Source of the DNA: Candidatus Bathyarchaeota archaeon
Lineage (GTDB): Archaea; Thermoproteota; Bathyarchaeia; RBG-16-48-13; JAGMEO01
Direction of reading: 5' to 3'
Length of the DNA: 46,433 bases
NCBI GenBank assembly: GCA_030602965.1
Contig: JAUVYS010000002.1
Coordinates: 1-46,433 of the forward strand
Shown here piece by piece: positions 42,545-46,433 of this stretch. The position numbers and the translations under genes were made by a program. Position 1 is the stretch's first letter. Every line of letters begins with the position of its first letter. Below the pieces are notes generated by a model. The model was not told the DNA's origin, searched no databases, and saw nothing but the letters and a program-made list of their open reading frames with translations.

Positions 42545-42614
42545 TTATAAGGTGTAAGTTATAAGGTGCAAGGTATACGTGATAAGGTATCAGGTGTAAG
42601 GTATACGTGATAAC
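42545..42614 (+). repeat. five tandem 14-bp iterons (centromere/operator-like) abutting the parA start
   Basis: TTATAAGGTGTAAG, TTATAAGGTGCAAG, GTATACGTGATAAG, GTATCAGGTGTAAG, GTATACGTGATAAC. Confidence 0.75.
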
Positions 42615-43362
42615 TATAGCTGTTACTAACCAGAAAGGAGGAACAGGAAAAACGACGTGTTCAGTGAATTTGGCTGCTGCCCTTGCCTTAGCAGGAAAAA
42701 AAACTTTGCTTTTAGACCTTGATCCTCAAAGCCACTCAACAATCAGCCTTGGAATTGAAAAGAATAGTTTTACCGCGTCAATGTATGATGTTTTGATTGG
42801 GAATATAAGTTTACCTTCAACTCTCTTAAAGACTGAGATTAACGGATTGTTTGTTGGACCTGCTGACATAAATTTAGCTGGAGTCGAATTTGAATTTGTT
42901 ACACGGCCTAACAGAGAAAACGTTTTGAAGAATGTTCTAACAAAAATTATTGATATTGACGTTTGTATCTTGGACACTCCGCCAAACTTGGGACTGTTAA
43001 CAATCAACAGTTTATGTGCATCTGATTATTTGATAATTCCCATAAGTGTGGGTTTCCTTCCCCTTGAAGGACTTAAACGATTACTGGACGTGGTTGAATT
43101 AGTGAAGGAGAGACTAGGCGCAAAAACGAAACTTTTAGGAACTGTCATAACGTTCTATGATGAAAGAACCAGACTGAGTAAAGAAAGCACTGAGGAGATC
43201 CAGAGGTTCTTCAAAGAAAAATGCTTTAAAACTGTGATTCATAGATGCGTGAAAATCGCGGAGGCTCCATCTCACGGAGAAACAATCTTCACTTACGCTT
43301 CAAAAAGTCGATCAGCCAAAGAATTTAAAGAATTAGGAAAAGAGGTATTGAAATATGTCTAA
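42607..43362 (+). CDS. parA: ParA/Soj-family partition ATPase (GTG start)
   Basis: ITIAVTNQKGGTGKTT deviant Walker A, LLLDLDPQ, and ILDTPP Walker B-like motif. Confidence 0.9.
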   Translation: MITIAVTNQKGGTGKTTCSVNLAAALALAGKKTLLLDLDPQSHSTISLGIEKNSFTASMYDVLIGNISLPSTLLKTEINGLFVGPADINLAGVEFEFVTRPNRENVLKNVLTKIIDIDVCILDTPPNLGLLTINSLCASDYLIIPISVGFLPLEGLKRLLDVVELVKERLGAKTKLLGTVITFYDERTRLSKESTEEIQRFFKEKCFKTVIHRCVKIAEAPSHGETIFTYASKSRSAKEFKELGKEVLKYV

Positions 43363-43624
43363 AAAAGCGTTAGGTAAAGGAATAGGATCAGGGCTTGATT
43401 CTGTCATACGTCCGGATCGCCAGATTGGAGTCGAGCAAAAGCGTGACATGCGCGCGATTAAAACCGTTAATCCACGAATCACCGTGTACTCTCCCGTAGC
43501 AGCCTCCGTTCTCACCCACCTAAAAAATACACAGCCTAACTTCAGCAAAAGTAAAATAGCCTGTGAAATCTTAGAAGAAGGCTTAAAAAAGCATTATCCT
43601 GAAATATGGATAAAGTTTGAATAG
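43355..43624 (+). CDS. small partition adaptor candidate (89 aa) with a ParB-like N-terminal peptide
   Basis: KKALGKGIGSGLDSVI resembles the ParB N-terminal LG(R/K)GL..L motif. The ORF overlaps the end of parA. SKSKIACEILEEGLKKH lies near the C-terminus. Confidence 0.6.
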   Translation: MSKKALGKGIGSGLDSVIRPDRQIGVEQKRDMRAIKTVNPRITVYSPVAASVLTHLKNTQPNFSKSKIACEILEEGLKKHYPEIWIKFE

Positions 43625-43692
43625 GTGAAACTAAATAGGAGCACTAAAAATATGGACTCGGACAGCGTTCATAAAACTTCAATGATCGATCT

Positions 43693-43878
43693 TCAAGATT
43701 CATTTTTTTTCAATTCCTCTACCTTTAATGCAATTTCTCTCATCTTTTTTAAAGACTCCAGTTGATATTCTACTTCTAGTTGGATTTTCTTTACTTGATA
43801 AAATATTATTCCAAGCCTAAAGCAAACTATTAATCCTCCTAAAAAAATCCCTAGTATAAAAACGAGTAATAAATTCAT
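43693..43878 (-). CDS. single-pass membrane protein with a coiled-coil tail (61 aa)
   Basis: N-terminal TM segment LLLVFILGIFLGGLIVCF. Confidence 0.5.
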   Translation of the reverse strand: MNLLLVFILGIFLGGLIVCFRLGIIFYQVKKIQLEVEYQLESLKKMREIALKVEELKKNES

Positions 43879-43986
43879 TTTTTATTCTCTCTTTGAAAAG
43901 AAGAAAGTATCACATCAATTATTTTCACAGTTAACTTGGGCTTTTCGATTATGAAGTATGCTGTAAGTCCAGCTAAGATTATTCTG

Positions 43987-44331
43987 TCAATCCTCTTCAT
44001 CAGTTCTCAACTTCTCTTTGTTAATCACTTCTACTTTATAGAGCCATCCATTACTGGTAATAGAAACTTTTTCATTCAACGAAACTATTGCATTTTGCCA
44101 TATATCAATATCACTGAAGCTGCTTCGATCTACAAACGGTCTTAAGTAAAGAGGCTTCCGAAATCCTATCTCTGTTATAAAAACATCAGCGATCTTCTTT
44201 GTTCCACGACCTGAATTAGCCCAATCTTTTCCTGTTTTTTTCCGCTTATTCTTTCGCCAAGTATAAACCATTCCGGTTTTAAGCAAAAACTCTCGTACTT
44301 GCTTAACTGAAAAAGAAATAACCAAATTCAT
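43987..44331 (-). CDS. hypothetical protein (114 aa)
   Basis: ORF on the dominant strand. Confidence 0.55.
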   Translation of the reverse strand: MNLVISFSVKQVREFLLKTGMVYTWRKNKRKKTGKDWANSGRGTKKIADVFITEIGFRKPLYLRPFVDRSSFSDIDIWQNAIVSLNEKVSITSNGWLYKVEVINKEKLRTDEED

Positions 44332-44394
44332 TCCTCCTTTACATTATGGGATCGATCATCCAGTTTTTTTGTACAAAAACAACAATAATTAGAA

Positions 44395-44580
44395 TTATCT
44401 GGAATTTTTTCGTCGTAAAATTCCAATAAATTTATCGATTATCTTATTAGTAAAGCTATATAGTTCATAATGTATTTTACAATAATACCATAACTCAACA
44501 CCTCTTTGGTCTTCAGTAGGCACAGAGATAGCTCCATACACTGATTCTCCACAGTTTTCAACACGACATTTTTTATTCAT
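44395..44580 (-). CDS. Cys/His-containing mini-protein (61 aa)
   Basis: CRVENCG...YYCKIH motifs. Confidence 0.5.
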   Translation of the reverse strand: MNKKCRVENCGESVYGAISVPTEDQRGVELWYYCKIHYELYSFTNKIIDKFIGILRRKNSR

Positions 44581-44749
44581 TTTTTTTCAATTCATCATTT
44601 AGTTTTTTTCTACAATACGCGCAATAATTAGAGTTATCTGAAATCTTTTCTCCACAGTAAGGACAAGGTATCAACGGTGTGAAATGTGCTTCGATTATTT
44701 GAGCTAGTGAAGGATTCTTATTTAATTTGGGTTTAAACTTTTTATTCAT
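44573..44749 (-). CDS. zinc-ribbon mini-protein (58 aa), absent from the ORF track
   Basis: CPYCGEKI...CAYC motifs. Overlaps the downstream start. Confidence 0.5.
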   Translation of the reverse strand: MNKKFKPKLNKNPSLAQIIEAHFTPLIPCPYCGEKISDNSNYCAYCRKKLNDELKKNE

Positions 44750-44755
44750 ATTTAT

Positions 44756-44938
44756 TCATCCGACTGGAAGTTGTCTTTTAATAGGATGATCCTTTTTTTG
44801 TTCAATCACTTCCCCTTCAAACTCTATTTCACATCCCCAAGATAGAGCCTCATTTAGATCTCCTGCACAACTGGGAAAATCATTACATCCAGAACCTTCA
44901 CATCTAACGACTCCTGTAAACTTCCATACCTTCCTCAT
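44756..44938 (-). CDS. Cys-rich mini-protein (60 aa)
   Basis: ORF in the chain, with several Cys residues. Confidence 0.45.
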   Translation of the reverse strand: MRKVWKFTGVVRCEGSGCNDFPSCAGDLNEALSWGCEIEFEGEVIEQKKDHPIKRQLPVG

Positions 44939-44958
44939 TTTTAATTCCTATTTGTTTA

Positions 44959-45168
44959 TTACTTTTCTGTGTCGTCTAGTTTCTTTTCTTTGGATAAAAT
45001 TAGATATACTACTGAGGCATAATCACGTAATGTTAAGGGCGTGACTGTTGGATGTCGAGAGAATGCTTCATTAAAAATGATGGGTATTGTAACTTCTGAT
45101 TTTATATCGCGCGCCCATTCAAGTAATGCCATTATACGTTCTTTTCTTATGTCAGCATAAGTAGGCAT
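44959..45168 (-). CDS. hypothetical protein (69 aa)
   Basis: ORF downstream of the RHH gene. Confidence 0.5.
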   Translation of the reverse strand: MPTYADIRKERIMALLEWARDIKSEVTIPIIFNEAFSRHPTVTPLTLRDYASVVYLILSKEKKLDDTEK

Positions 45169-45191
45169 AATTTCACTTCTAAATTAATGGA

Positions 45192-45362
45192 CTACTCCAC
45201 TCCTACAATTTCTCCTTGTTGTCTAGCCTGGAGATCTTCTAGTAATAGACGCATACCTGCTCGGATCGCTTCGGTTCTAGTTGCATAAGAGTCTTTTATT
45301 GCTTCATCAAATGATTCTACAAATTTTATAGGCAAAGTAATATGTATTTTCTTTCCATTCAT
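45192..45362 (-). CDS. ribbon-helix-helix (CopG-family) DNA-binding protein, 56 aa, absent from the ORF track
   Basis: MNGKKIHITLPIKFVESFDEAIKDSYATRTEAIRAGMRLLLEDL. GAGGT SD is present. Confidence 0.7.
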   Translation of the reverse strand: MNGKKIHITLPIKFVESFDEAIKDSYATRTEAIRAGMRLLLEDLQARQQGEIVGVE

Positions 45363-45374
45363 ATCATTACCTCT

Positions 45375-45401
45375 TTTTATGTATACTTTTATGTATATAA
45401 A
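45375..45401 (-). promoter_or_regulatory. TATA box (TTTATATA) overlapping two tandem 11-12-nt repeats; likely RHH promoter/operator
   Basis: TTTTATGTATA at 45375-45385 and 45387-45397. On the minus strand, TTTATATA lies 31 nt upstream of the ATG at 45362. Confidence 0.5.
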
Positions 45402-45409
45402 AAGTTTTT

Positions 45410-45509
45410 GATAGAGAAAGAGAATAAGAGAGGAAAAGACAGAGAAGGAGAGATAGGGAGAGAGAGGGAGAAGGAGAGAGAGAGGGAGAAGGAGAGAACA
45501 GAGAAAAAT
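45410..45509. repeat. polypurine/polypyrimidine (GA-rich) tract of about 100 nt with an 18-nt tandem repeat
   Basis: Pure purine run at 45455-45498. GAGGGAGAAGGAGAGA occurs twice with period 18. Confidence 0.85.
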
Positions 45510-45560
45510 ATAAATACTTATTTTATTACCCTAAGATCAAGCGCGTTTAGAAGTACGTAG

Positions 45561-46433
45561 ATCTGGGATATACGCCTATCTTCTAATCCAAGGACAGCTT
45601 GTTTTTCTCAGATCTACTGTACCGTTTTTTAAGTAATATTTAAAAAGGATCTCCTTTAGTACCTATTTCTTGGATTAGAAAATAGGTAATTGTGCTAACC
45701 GTTAGGAATAGAGAAACTTCCAACACGGTTGTCGATCAAGTAATTGATCAGTGATAACTTGCGGAATGAAACTCTGAGAAATAAATCAATTAGCGGGAAA
45801 CACCTTCTAGGGGCCTATGGATGGGCGACGGAGGCTGCCAACCTACTTTCGTTCTATATAAATGGGATGGGAAAACTGGTATATGAGAAGCTCAATGTTT
45901 CTGATTGACAGATCCAGGAACTACCGACCAACGGCAAGATTTGATACTAGCTGTCCCACACTGTGTAGAAGAAGGATAGAGGTTTAAGCTTACTTTCTGA
46001 TTCCCTGATAAGCCTGTACCCATGTCGATATGGGAAGAGGTGTTTATCAAGTGAAGCCTGGGATACGTGACATGTGTCTCCGCGATTTCGGTGACGGATC
46101 GGTGATAATAAGTCCATTGATGAAGTTCAATGATGTGGGCTTGTTGCTGGGAGGAAAGGGCTGAGATAGACGAGGGTGGGTGTATTCCCTAGTGTTAAGT
46201 CTAAATCATATATTACTTAAAACACAAAACATAAAAAAATTATGTTAGTATGTGTTTGGAGAATTCCAGTGGAAATGGAGGTTGGGGGTTTGGTATTTAA
46301 ATGTTTTGTTTGTTTGGGTAGGATCTACCCGGTAGGTTTGTACCCTACACAGCCCTTCCTGTCTAGGACGTTGAGGGGTTCGGTGTAAGTCTGGGTTTGG
46401 GTTTGGTAGGAGTTCTCAAAGACGGGCTTTGTG
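45561..46433. other. 870-nt ORF-free, GC-richer, inverted-repeat-containing region (candidate origin and/or large ncRNA)
   Basis: No ORF of 60 aa or more in any frame. 18/19-bp inverted repeat at 45575-45593 / 45669-45686. GATCAA-GTAA-TTGATC hairpin at 45733-45748. G/T-rich 3' end. Confidence 0.5.

Noticed and set aside
42545-42614. A possible mini-CRISPR array formed by the 14-bp units (also considered for the GA repeats at 45455-45498).
   Set aside because: The units are contiguous without spacers and far shorter than CRISPR repeats, and there are no cas genes. Their position fits par-operator iterons.
45342-45560. + strand ORF encoding REGEIGREREKEREREKER.
   Set aside because: It is produced by the GA-rich polypurine tract and overlaps the RHH gene start and promoter. 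It is a low-complexity artefact.
46146-46170. GGGAGGAAAGGGCTGAG resembling the RNase P RNA CR-I box (GAGGAAAGUCCGGGC).
   Set aside because: The TCC core is missing, and I found no CR-IV or CR-V counterparts nearby.

Overview
AT-rich, very gene-dense 46.4-kb element with about 90 mostly small ORFs. Roughly 85% are on the minus strand, and many are translationally coupled through ATGA or TAATG stop/start overlaps. Several signatures point to an archaeal mobile element, either a virus or a virus-like plasmid, and possibly a complete genome. These are an RpoP/Rpb12-type zinc-ribbon ORF, BRE/TATA-like boxes 31-36 nt upstream of several starts, GGTGA/GGAGG ribosome-binding sites, many RHH/wHTH regulators and many CxxC zinc-ribbon mini-proteins. 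Layout: (i) 1-13.2 kb holds leftward small 'early-type' genes, most preceded by a conserved bipartite motif GCAAAAY-N7-TATAGR, plus a papain-like (C1) peptidase. (ii) 13.2-16.6 kb holds rightward genes and a free-standing LAGLIDADG endonuclease. (iii) 16.6-27.4 kb is a leftward structural-type module. It contains a membrane-anchored clan GH-A glycosidase, a ConA-like protein, a 519-aa protein, duplicated about 155-aa beta-rich proteins, a caspase/gingipain-fold protease candidate and membrane proteins. (iv) 27.5-36.6 kb holds a NitT/TauT-type ABC transporter, an HNH nuclease, a methyltransferase and five glycosyltransferases. (v) 36.6-45.4 kb holds unknown proteins, RHH/HTH regulators, nuclease-fold proteins and a parA/small-ParB-like partition locus with upstream 14-bp iterons. 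(vi) 45.4-46.4 kb is a polypurine tract followed by an 870-nt ORF-free, GC-richer region. I could not recognise a capsid (HK97 or double jelly-roll), terminase, portal, integrase or DNA polymerase. The most unusual observations are: a short N-terminal tag (M-V/P-F/L/I-L-Y/F-E/D-E) shared by at least 7 otherwise unrelated proteins, four of them encoded next to the caspase-fold protease; the element-specific bipartite upstream motif together with an encoded RpoP homolog; and a cluster of AGCCGACA motifs at the left end. All functional calls come from motif recognition by eye; no database search was run.
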